Below are positions 1 through 11,494 of a DNA stretch of 64,000 nt, piece by piece; position 1 is the stretch's first letter; each line of letters opens with the position of its first letter. Origin of the DNA: Dipteris shenzhenensis. Its lineage: Eukaryota. Below the pieces are notes generated by a model. That model was given only the letters and a program-made list of their open reading frames with translations. It was not told the origin of the DNA and made no database searches. Position numbers and translations under genes: made by a program. The stretch is from the NCBI GenBank assembly GCA_047967505.1, contig CM106538.1. One strand, 5' to 3'.

Positions 1-1191
1 GGGTGCTGATGTACCGATCCATAGTCCCCGCGAAGCTTTCGGTGAAGGGTAGTCTTGTGTGTAAGCATAGCATTTTTCGTCGAACCCGTGACCTATTTGG
101 AATTGGTGGGATATCACCAACTTTCTGAAGGGGGTGAGATATGTGGTTGTTGTGAATGATGCTGGGATGGTGGATATCACATCTCTCTCAAGAGGCATGT
201 GGCTGCTAAGAGAATTCATCCAAAAAAATCCAGCCAAGATGTTGTGCAGTGTAAGAACAGTATGTGCCAAAGTATGTGCCTCATGAGGAATAGCCAGAGT
301 AATAGTAATAGGACGAGATCTTGATTCAAGAACAGTTATTGGCACACAGTGGTAGAGTTTCCTTGTCGCTATTTGGTTGTGATGTGGATGGAGGAGGGCG
401 AACTGGCAGATTCACCTCAGTTGATGCAACTCTTCTTTTCAGTTTGAGCCGACTTCCGTTGTGGCTTTTAGGCTCAGCCGAGCGTTGGTCTGGAGCATTG
501 CCTGATGCTCAAGAGGGGGTAGCACCTCCACTCCCTTGGTTCAGACTGCTCATGATATCTAGAGTCACTTGGTGACACTGTATGTCTCACCCGAGGTACT
601 GCTTGCTGACGGTACATTTGCCGCTGGACTTCTAGATCAATGTACTAGTCACTATCAACTTTCTTTAGGATTTTCTTAGAGTTTTGTTTAGCATGCATGC
701 TTCAAAGGAAATCTTCTAACCTTATTATTATTATGCTTCAATGAGTTTGCCTTGATGGCATTCAGTAAGCTGTGTATCAGTATAGCAGTGGACAAATTGC
801 TATGGATGTTATGTGCAATACATTTTGACATCGATGGTGTAAATAGGGGTGTCCTAACACAGATTTTATTTCTTCTTCTTCTTCTTTTTCTTTTTGGTTC
901 TCTTTTGTTTCTTGACTTGTTTGTCTAGTTTTGCTTAGTCACCTTCTTCCTATCTTCTTTATTTCTTGATATCTTTCCCTTTTGTTTAATTGACGTATTT
1001 TAGTAAGCACTCGGTTTGTCGAAGAGATTCCGTGGGTCTTTAGAAACCCAGTATAGCTGCTTATGCTTGGGCGTTGGTGACGACATAAGCATTGCTTTGC
1101 TTGCTGAGTATGTCTACCTTTTGTTTTTGTTAGCTTGATTTTAATTCTCTTTCGTTTTCTCTCCTTCTCAGTGTGGTGTGTGTGTGTGAGA

Positions 1192-1194
<3 letters not shown>

Positions 1195-1224
<30 letters not shown>

Positions 1225-1575
1225 CCCCCCTCGCTACCCCCTGCGCTACCCCTCGCTACTCCCTGCTCTCTCTCTCTCCTGCTACCCCCTGCTCTCCCCC
1301 CTGCGCTACCCCCTGCTCTCTCCACCCCGCTACCGCCTGCTCTCTCTGCTACCTCCTGTGTTACCCCTCGCTACCCCTTGCGCTACCCCCTACTCTCTCT
1401 CTCCCGCTACCCCCTGCTCTCTTTGCTACCCCCTCGCTACCCCCTCCGCTACCCCTCCGTACCCCCTCGCTACCCCCTCCACTACCCCCTCCGTACCCCC
1501 TCGTTATCCCCTCGCTACCCCTCTCTCTCCCCCGCTACCCCCTCGCTACCCCTCTGCTACCCCCCCCGCTAGCCC
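1195..1575 (+). repeat. (CT)n microsatellite followed by C-rich minisatellite (core CGCTACCCCCT) at the 5' end of LINE copy A
   Basis: (CT)n at ~1195-1221, then many imperfect CGCTACCCC(C)T repeats; the ORFs over this region are low-complexity artefacts. Confidence 0.85.
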
Positions 1576-2281
1576 CACAAACCCCCCCCTCCCCCCTTCT
1601 CGTTAAAAAAAAAAAAAGGTCGAAGCTGCGAGCGGGGGTTCTCCAACAGCTCGGACCTATTGCAATCCCTTCTTTGCCCGCTGCCGCCTCCCCCATAACG
1701 AAGGGAACAAGGGGATGAGGACAGGAGACTAGGCGGGAGACCCTTCGGTTCAAATTTGCATACGCGTGGAGATGGGGAAGGGGAATTGTGACAAGGTGAA
1801 AACACAAAAGCAACTCAATCTGGACGACTTCAACAAACGCAGCATTTGACAGTAGACAGCACCGCGGCCCAGAAGAAAGGGGCCCACCCAAAGCCCATGC
1901 TGCTCACCACATCCTCGACCTCTACCACTATTTCACCACCATCATCTGCCTCATCATCTACGCCACCTCTCTCCTCCCCCTCCCATGCATCATCATCATA
2001 GGTCTCCTCTCCAGTAGCCTCACCATTGGTCCCAGCGGCCACGGCTCCATAGTACTTTCTCCTCGTATCACCTCTACCTCTTAGTCAGCCACCCTTCATC
2101 ACCTCGTCCGGCCTCGCTACTCCTACATACCACTCCCCCGCCCAGATCATGCTGTCCCCATCCTCAGTACAACCTTAGCAACCCACCTTCATTCCAACCC
2201 CTCTCGAGATCCAGTTCCCACCTGGACCTCCCACCTGGACCAGGACATCTTAGGCCCCCACCAGATGCTTGGGACTCCCTA

Positions 2282-3010
2282 TTGGTTGAGATACACAGCA
2301 TCCGGGCCCGTCAGGCAGAGCTGACACATTACACCCAGGAGCAGGCCCACTACACCCAGGAGCGGGCCCACATAATACACGAGCAGGGCACCCTTATCCA
2401 GGGACTCAAGCACGACATCACACAGCTTCGAGAGGAGCTCGTGACCCTCAGAGTAGTGCCTGGAGGGACCCCAGTCACAGAGATGGAGGCACAGATAGCC
2501 ACGATACAGTCGGCTATAACAGAGACGACTAGATGGGTGGACGTGGCGAAACGGGAGCCCGCAAAGGCAACTGTTACAGCTGCCATATAGGAGCAGCAGC
2601 AGAGGGCTTCGAAGGCCCTCAACATTTGGATACGAGGGATCACGCGAGACAGCACCAACACCACTATGACGCCCATGGAGGCGGCGATCACCTTTGTGAC
2701 CACTACCATGGGGGTCCCCGACCATGGCATAGAGGGAGCATGGTGTGTTGGGAGAGATCCCAACCGAGAGCAGCCCCTAGTCATTCGCTTCAGAGATTCA
2801 CATGCTCGACTAGCGACACTCCGACGTCGAGCCGCTCTACGAGAGCATCCCACCCTGTCCATGGACGAGGACTTGACACCACTGTAGATTGAGGAGCGAC
2901 GAGTTCTTCTGCAGCAGCGGGATGTTGCCCGCAAGGAGGAAAAATGGACCGTGGTTCGAGATGGTAGGTTGTTGACTGACACCCGTCGGGCTCCCACCCG
3001 TACCCCCTAG
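2282..3010 (+). pseudogene. LINE ORF1 (coiled-coil plus RRM/CTD-like), with in-frame stops
   Basis: One frame from 2282: coiled-coil segment, then LNIWIRGI...PLVIRFRD...SMDEDLTPL*IEERR...ARKEEKWTVVRDGRLL; TAGs at 2588, 2885 and 3008. The true start probably lies further upstream. Confidence 0.75.
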
Positions 3011-3173
3011 AGGGACGAGGCCTATGAGACTCAGGTTTCCGAGACCCTAGATTGCACCATTTGGAACTGTAATGGTACCTTATGGTCAGACCCAGGGAAC
3101 TTCTCGGAGTCTTATACAGGACGAGACATAGTCTTTTACACGGAGACACACCAGAGCCCAGAGCGTCCACTAC

Positions 3174-3953
3174 CATGGTTGTAAGACACGTTAAGACACA
3201 ACACATTAGACATGCTTTAGACACGAGTGTCTAAAGTGTCTTAAAGATAAGACACGTAAGACGCGTTTTTCAGTTATAATAATATTAAATAAATATTAAA
3301 TTTAAAAATATAAGTATGTATAAGTACAACTTGGTAGCATGACTAGCTGCTAGTTTTAACATTTTAGAAGTACAATGTAGTTAAGAGTGAAGACTTCTCA
3401 CTTGTCAATTAAGACTTGAAAGTTAAATGCCAAGACTCCGGGACTCGGGACTTCTTGCAAGTTAAAAGTCAAGACTCGAGACTTAAAAGTTAAAAGTTAA
3501 GACTCAAGACTCATGGGCTTGCAAGTCTTGACTCACAACTTTAAGGTTTAAAGTGCAAACCAACAATTTGATATTCAAAATTCCAAATTACAACTTAAAA
3601 AGAGCCTAGAGGGCTACATAGATGATAGTCAATCATCATAGATCAATAAAGTTTAAACGTATGTAATAAATAACTAGGCCAATGCCAACAATCTAGTAGT
3701 CACATGTGACATGAATGAAATCTGAATCCTTATAGATATAACTGAATGGGAAACTTTTGAATCTCAAGAGTCAAGTCTCTCAAGACTCATCCTAGTCTGA
3801 ATCTGCTAGGTCACTGCCACTGTTGGATCCAAAGTCACCATCAGTGATAGTGTTACCCTCACTATCATACTGTGGCTCCTCAGGCACCTTATCCTCCTCC
3901 TCCTCCTCCTCCTCCTCCTCCTCCTCCCCCTCCTCCTGGTCCAAGGCAGACTA
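3174..3953 (-). mobile_element. One-ended hAT-like DNA transposon fragment inside the LINE endonuclease region
   Basis: Begins CATGGTTGTAAGAC with clustered subterminal AAGACAC/AAGACTC repeats. The minus strand encodes an acidic C-terminus (EEEEEEEDKVPEEPQYDSEG...DSD*). LINE ORF2 (ERPLP|IVCGYTWES) resumes at ~3954. Confidence 0.55.
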
Positions 3954-6900
3954 ATAGTTTGTGGCTACACATGGGAGTCAGCCTTGAGAAATGAGACGAG
4001 GGATACAGGAGGAGTCCGAGGATCAGGCGGGGTCGCAGTATTGTACAGGTCTTCCCTCGCTCGAGCCATCTCCATTAAGAGGAAGGACGCACACTCCCGA
4101 TTCATGTGGATCCGGATCCGACGCACAGACATCCGTGACCTTTTCATAGCAATATGCTACTTCTCGCCAGACACATCCCACTTTGCCAGAGTGGCACGAG
4201 AGGAGGGTGAGACATCGCCATATGCACCCTTACATCAGGATATCCCAGACATTTCAGTCCGCGGTGAAGTTCTCCTCGTTGGGGACTTCAACGCCAGGAC
4301 GAGCACACACCAGACACCACTCCTGGACTTCTGAGACGACTCTATCATGCTACCAGACACGGACCTAGACGGAGCAGGTATGACCAAGACCTCATCGGAC
4401 CGACACGGGCCTGTTACACCATATGGACACGCGCTCCTTGATCTGGGCAGGATGCATGATCTCATCATCTACAACGGGCTTGACATATGGCCCTCCTCAG
4501 GTGGCTTTACTTGCTTCTCACATGGGGGGGGGGCACTAGTGTAGTAGATTACATCATGGGATCCCCTACCTTCACTTCATGTATCAACAACTTCACCGTA
4601 GCACCACTCCTCCAGGAGCTGATCACACATACCTATTCTTCACTATCACCACCCCACGCTTAGCCACACCACACACCTCATAGGACGCACGACACCTACA
4701 CGACATACACTTTGATCACAGCCTCTCACCGGCCTACTCTGGACGCCTAAACAGACTCCTAACCTACATCGATCACATACCACTCATAGAGGACCGTGCT
4801 GCCCTGATTAGTTGCACACTCCATGAGGCTGTTCTCCAAATGTTTCCCCACACCACATGGTTCACTAGACCACCACCTCTTGGTTCTGAACCCTGCAACA
4901 ATTGGTACGATGCGGAGTGCAAGGCTTATCGCCGACAGCTCCGACTTGAAACCAAATGTCACCTCCCGAACACACCAGACACGGTACGCAAGTATCGATG
5001 TCCCGTACGTCAGGCATCTCTTCGTCGAAATGAGGAGGAGCTGCTGCACATCGGAGATTCCTTGAGCGTAGGTCTCCATCACCTCTCACCGACACGAGAG
5101 TCTGGCACACGTATGCACACCATCTTTATGATGTCCCACACCAGCCCACTCCAGATCTCATACACAGACTTCGCCCCACCACTTGCACGTTGTTCACCAG
5201 AGGGGGAGTCAAGGACGTGACATTGAAGCTGCACAATGGCTGAGCTAAGGATCATGAGGGGCTATGCATTGAGTTTATCACATGGGATCGACACGTTAGC
5301 CCCGATCCTAGCAAAGCTATTCGATGACGCTGTTTGCCTTGGCTTCCCCTGCACCTGGACACTCAACACCATCACCCCCATCCACAAGGTAGGGGATCCC
5401 ATGGACCGGAGTAACTACAGGACTATCATGATTGGACATGTGATGCCCAAGATCTATGCAGCTGTATTGGATGCATCGGTCAGCCTGTTCGCAGAGATGA
5501 GTAGGCTCAGTGCAGAGGGTGAGGCCGGTTTCAGGCGAGACCATGGGACTATGGATCACATACTTACGCTAAGGAGTGTCATTGAGGAGGCCAGATCACG
5601 GAAGGAGAGGGTATATTGCTGCTTTGTGGATTTTCGAAAAGCCTTTGACACAGTAGCTCGAGCTCGTCTCATCACACGCCTACAGACACTGGGATTTGAT
5701 CAGGAGATCATCTAGGCAGTCATGGCACTGTATGAGAGAGTCTCAGGTCGAGTTCCGACAGGCGCAGGTTGGACAGATGAGATCTTGAGTACCATAGGAG
5801 TCAAATAGGGTTGTCCCTTATCACCGACCCTGTTTGGCCTCTACATCGATGAGCTTGAGACTTTCATGGGGGGGTTCGGAGGGACCGGTTGCTCACTTGT
5901 CGGGATCATCATCAGGATTCTTCTTTATGCAAATGATGTGGCACTCTTGTCGTCCACACCCAAGGGGCTTCAACGACACTTGGATGCATTGCAGGCTTTT
6001 TGTTTATCCCTATGATTTGGAGGTTAACCGTGGCAAGACCAAGGTCATGATCTTTAACACCTCTCGAGCAAACATGCAACGGAAGCAGTTTACTTTTGCT
6101 TTCGGTGGGTCACCAGTTGAGATCGTATCCTTATACACTTACTTGGGGGTCATCTTCTCTAGCCCAATCTTCACGATGAGACCAGCGATGTAGGTTAGAC
6201 TGAGCAGGGGATACGTCTCACTGGCTCGGCTGGAGAGACAATGCTTCCACTCCCACTTCCAGGATCCTTGGACCAAGGCTCTTCTCTTCGACTCCTTGGT
6301 CCGACCAACTGATATGTATGGCAGCCCTTGTTGGGGGCCTGACATGTCAGAGATAGAGTGGACACGGGTGGAGCGCCTGCAGATCCTCATGCTCTCATGG
6401 ATGATCAGGGGGAAACCGTCTGTACCACATCACATCATTCAGGCCGAGTTTGGTGCTTCTCCACTCCAGCTAGATGCAGTCTTTCAGACCATTATATATC
6501 TACATCGGGTTAGATCATATGGGGATTGCACATGAGGGAGACAGAGGTTGCCATGGTTGGCTCTCAATTCCTCCATGAGGTTGGCAGCAGAGGGAGACCA
6601 GCGATGCTGGTATGCACGGACTCACAGATGGTTTGTGAGACTAGGGTTTCACATCGATAGGATACCTCCTTTTTAGTACAGTTTAGATGCCCCTCCGGTA
6701 CTCCCACTTACCATCCGGATCGGGACACACACCAACTAGGTCATTCGTGAGGATCTCCTGTAGCTACACACCTTTAGGACTTGGTTGGAGCCGAGGGAGC
6801 TTCCAGTGAAGCTTAGTTTCTACAGAGATTACTTTCTTCGAATTTCGGAGGGATTCATCATACCACCGGGGTACATTGAGCTTCATATGCCTCACTCACT

Positions 6901-8388
6901 ATGGATCTCCATCGGACAGTTTTGGGTATCATCAGACCGCCTCCGCATAGAGAGCGGCAGAGCAAAGGGGATTCCTAGGGAGCATCGCTTATGCATATTG
7001 TGCGATTGTGAGGAGGTCGAGTCGGAGGACCATTTGATTTTCAGGTGCCCAGTGTACTACGAGATCCGAGGTCGCTACCACTGCCTCTTCAGAGATAGCT
7101 CCGGGCTCCTTTCCAGATTCCTCGCCTACCCAGATTAGAGATGCCTCGCGGCCTTCATTCACGAGGGGGTCCGACACAGAGAGTACTTACTTAGGCGACG
7201 GGGCTTGGCCACATCATCAGACACCTCTTAGAGCAGGATCACAGAGTTCTTCCCATCGAGTGACATTGATCGTCCAATCTCTAGCCGCAGACGTGACAGA
7301 GACCCCGACCCGACGGCCGCAGCACGACACACGAGACATCGAGGGGACACACATATCACTCTGGGAGACCTCCCGTCATTGTTTAGACCTGGGATACGTC
7401 CCACGGGAGTCACGGTGGCTCTGGTCTTGTGTCGAGCCTCGTGCAGGAGACCGGGACGTATAGCACCCCTTGACGGGCACCAGCGTCCCATCATCGGCTA
7501 TGCACCAGCTAGGGCGACATGACATACGGAGGATTCCGCTCCGCTCCAGTCCTTTTATGTTCATTGTTACATCCAGATGTATTTGATTTGATTATGTATG
7601 ATCAGACTTAGGATTCAGCATGGGTGATGATGCTCGTTTCAGTAGCTCCACCCTTACTATGATTTGTATCAGGTTTTCTTTCAGTCTCATAGACCCATCA
7701 GTCTTCTGAAGACTCTAATAAAATTTCTTTCTTTCTTTCTTTCTTTCTCTTATTTTCATTGTAGAATTTTGGACTTCAGAACAACAAAAATCTGAATTTG
7801 TATGATTGGATATATTCTAGTTTTACAAAGGTATATATGTCCTATCACAGACTCCATTCTGAAGTTGTTTTGTGAGTAGACTCTTGGAAGTGAAGACTAT
7901 ATTCTTTTGTTTGTATTTATAATGCTAATTTTGGAATGAACTGGGGCTTTTTATCAGTATCGATGACAAATCTGGTCTCAGGCTGACTAGTCTGCATAAC
8001 AGAAGTCAAGGGCAGTTGCAAGTTGTCGTTTTGGTGCCAAGATAAAAAATTTTGAGGGCTTGCTTCAATGCCTAAGCTGTGTATCCTTAAAGGTGCTGTA
8101 GACAAGTAAAACTGTTAATCTAAACTGTGAACTCTGGATTATTAGAAGGTTAGGTCCACATCTCCAACTTTTTTTTTGTAAATGGATAAGGGTATTAACT
8201 CAAAAAGATGGATAGTATAAACAACATTGTAAATGCTGCTTCCATGGTAATGTGAGAGTGCTTTGTACATGTCTTGCCATTTTCAGTGAAATTTATCGTG
8301 ATTTTTAAAATGTGATCGTCAAATCAATCACATTAGATAAGAGGGGGACTGGGGCTGATGGAAAGTGGTGGTGTGTGAAGCCTGACAG

Positions 8389-11300
8389 GTTGAAGAGATG
8401 AAGGAAATGATCGAGCGACTTCTGCTAGAGCGCCGACAGCTGACAGCTAAGATGGTAGCAATTCAAAGGGGCATGCATCAGCTTGAACGCGAGGCTACTA
8501 TACGCGCCCGTGTTGAAGACGAACTTGCTGTGGCGACCACTCCAGATTCTACTAAGGTTTAAGTCTTCAACATGTTTATATTGATCTTGTTTAAGAACCT
8601 TAATGTCAAATAGGCTTTTCCCCATTTTGGCTGTACGGCTTTTAATTATAAACACTGATTTAGAGCCTTCTTATTGTGCACCATATCCAGCTGTAATGAG
8701 TTCTGATCTTTGCTGCTTGCTTCCTGTTATCGGTGAGCTTTATCTGTACGTGGAATTTGCATTGTTTCATTCATTGGCGCAAGGGCTTTCAATTATATTG
8801 AATCAACTTATATTTAATGGGAGTTGCATGCACCTTTTTAAAAATAATACACGCAATTGCACATCAGTATGCCATTGAACATATGCCATTCTCCTCAGAT
8901 TCCTGCAAGGGAGGATGTATATCTGATAGATAAGGGATATTTAATATCAATGTTTTTAGTCCTAGAAGAGCCATCTGGATTCTGGCTAGAGCGATACACG
9001 ATTGATTATTGAACCAATGGGGAGTGAACCCTCCTAGGCTATGCCAACATCACCAAGCAATTCTTGATGCTCGTTGGGAAGAGACTAAAATGAAAACGTT
9101 TATAGACTTCACAAGCAGTTGTAGCTTGAATGAAGAGATTTTGGACTACCTTTTGATTAGCCTTCTCCTTTAGTGCTAGCCTTCGTCATGGCTGAGTGTG
9201 CCCTTCACCTTCGGAGTGCCGACAGAAACTCAGTACGAAGACTTTGTATAAATGGATGCTCAAGTATGTGTGGGTGTGTGGATTTGTATGTGTGAGAGCA
9301 TATTTTTATACTATGGTCTACACCCACTGTTGGGCGCTGATGACGTCAGTGGGGATGTCATAGTAGCTAGTCCCTGCTATGCATTATGGAGTTTATGGTT
9401 TTCAACCTTGTGAGTGACTATCATGAGATTGAAACTGCATTATGTTGTGTTTTTAGAGGATGAGTTTGCGAATGTTCCTGGATTCATCCAGGTATATGCT
9501 TCTACCGTATTAGCGGACATGCAAACTTCACCTTGTGAAGTTTTCGTCCAAGTTGCGGCGTGCTGGTATTTTGATAATTTTTTCTATCTTAAATGGTGCA
9601 TTGCCCTATCAGATAGATTTAGATTTAGATGCTCGTTGGGGAGAGACTAAAATGAAAACGTTTATAGACTTCACAAGCAGTTGTAGCTTGAATGAAGAGA
9701 TTTTGGACTACCTTTTGATTAGCCTTCTCCTTTAGTGCTAGTCTTCGTCATGGCTGAGTCTGCCCTTCACCTCCGGAGTGCCGACAGAAACTCAGTACGA
9801 AGACTTTGTATAAATGGATGCTCAAGTATGTGTGGGTGTGTGGATTTGTATGTGTGAGAGCATATTTTTATACTATGGTCTACACCCACTGTTGGGCGCT
9901 GATGACGTCAGTGGGGATGTCATAGTAGCTAGTCCTTGCTATGCATGATGGAGTTTATGGTTTTCAACCTTGTGAGTGACTATCATGAGATTGAAACTGC
10001 ACTATGTTGTGTTTTTAGAGGATGAGTTTGGGAATGTTCCTGGATTCATCTAGGTATAAGCAATTCTTGAAGCCAAATGTCATATCGTTGCAGTAGCTGC
10101 CATGTTCTCAACCTTGTGGAAAAAGCTCGTGGACTTTAAGCCAGATGTCATATTGCTCCAGTAGCTGCCACGTTCTTAACCGTGTGGACTTTTTGTTGTC
10201 ACCATTGCATTTTCTGGAGTTTTGGACTGCATTTTCTCCAAACCAATTAGATTTGGAGAAGCCTATTGAGAGACTGATATTTTTTTGATTTAATTAGATT
10301 CGGTGGGATGTACCCCAAATTCTTGCAGCTGCTTTGAGATAGCATAGAGAGATACATATTCCAGATTTCTTTGGATCCGGATTCGGCACCTAGACAGCCG
10401 GGATCTGTTTGTCGCAGTTTGCTACTTCCCCCTGAGACCTCCCACTTTGCCAGAGATATCGGAGGTGATGATGAGACATCCCCATTTGCTACTCTTTATC
10501 AGTCCATCGTTGACTTCTCTAGCCGCGGAGAAGTCCTCCTAGTGGGGGACTTCAATGCAAGGACAAGGGCCTGTCAGGTACCACTTCTTGACTTCAGAGA
10601 TGATTCTACTCTACTGCTAGATATTGACCTTGAGGAGGCAGGTATGCTACGGGTTTCGGCTGATAGGCGAGGTCCATTCTCATCTTATGGGCAGGCCCTA
10701 TTAGACCTTGGCAGGATACATGATCTCATTATCTACAATGGTTTTGACAGGTGGCCCGCCTCAGGTGGTTTCACATGCTTTCCACATGGGGGGGCTCCAG
10801 CGTTGTTGATTACATCATGGGATCCCTTGCCTTCACATCTCGCATCACTGACTTCACTGTAGCACCTCTCCCCCCGGGGGCTGATCATACATACCTTTTC
10901 TTTAGCATCTCCACCTCTTCGCACAACACCTTCCACCCCACTCAGTTCTTACTCCACCTAACACGATATACGCTTTGATCGGGATACTCTGGCCGTCTGT
11001 ACATACTTCTCGCTTATATTGACTTCATACCCCTTTTAGAGGATCGTGCTGCTCTTGTCACCCGCTCACTACACGAGGCTGCCATTCATGCTTTCCCCCA
11101 CACCACCCGCTCCACCCGTCCACCACCCCTGGGAACTTTGTAATAGTTGGTACGATGATGAGTGTAAGGCTTTACGTCGTCAGCTCAGATTCGACAAAAA
11201 AAAATAGTCTTCCGAGCACCAGCCAGGGCGACATGACATACGGAGGATTCTGCTCTGCTCCAGTCCTTTTCTTTTCATTGTTACATCCAGATGTATTTGA

Positions 11301-11446
11301 TTATGTATGATCAGACTTAGGATTCAGCACGGGTGATGATGCTCGTTTTAGTAGCTCCACCCTTACTATGATTTGTATCAGGTTTTCTTTCAGTCTCATA
11401 GACCCATCGGTCTTCCGAAGACTCTAATAAAATTTCTTTCTTTCTT

Positions 11447-11494
<48 letters not shown>

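Larger units (their letters stand above)
1222..7750 (+). mobile_element. Near full-length, inactivated non-LTR retrotransposon (RTEX-like LINE), copy A
   Basis: ORF1 remnant; APE endonuclease motifs (IWNCNG, FYTETH, GSGGVAVL, LVGDFNART); RT motifs (SNYRTIMI, FVDFRKAFDTV, GVK*GCPLSP, LLYAND); C-terminal RLRIESGR...RLCILC...EDHLIFRC zinc knuckle typical of RTEX-type ORF2; 3' UTR ending GTCTCATAGACCCATCAGTCTTCTGAAGAC-TCTAATAAAAT plus (CTTT)n tail. Multiple stops and frameshifts. Clade assignment is from motif recall. Confidence 0.9.

Noticed and set aside
1-600. Possible upstream exon or TE ORF
   Set aside because: No convincing splice-bounded frame; the minus-strand frame has stops and no recognisable motif.
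939-1891. Several 80-180-aa Pro/Leu/Ser-rich ORFs
   Set aside because: Translations of (CT)n and the CGCTACCCCCT minisatellite; not genes.
9337-9436. Hammerhead ribozyme from CTGATGA (9338) and downstream GAAAC
   Set aside because: No stem II closing pair and no stem I/III with an NUH site could be built; hairpin- and twister-ribozyme consensus motifs also do not fit.
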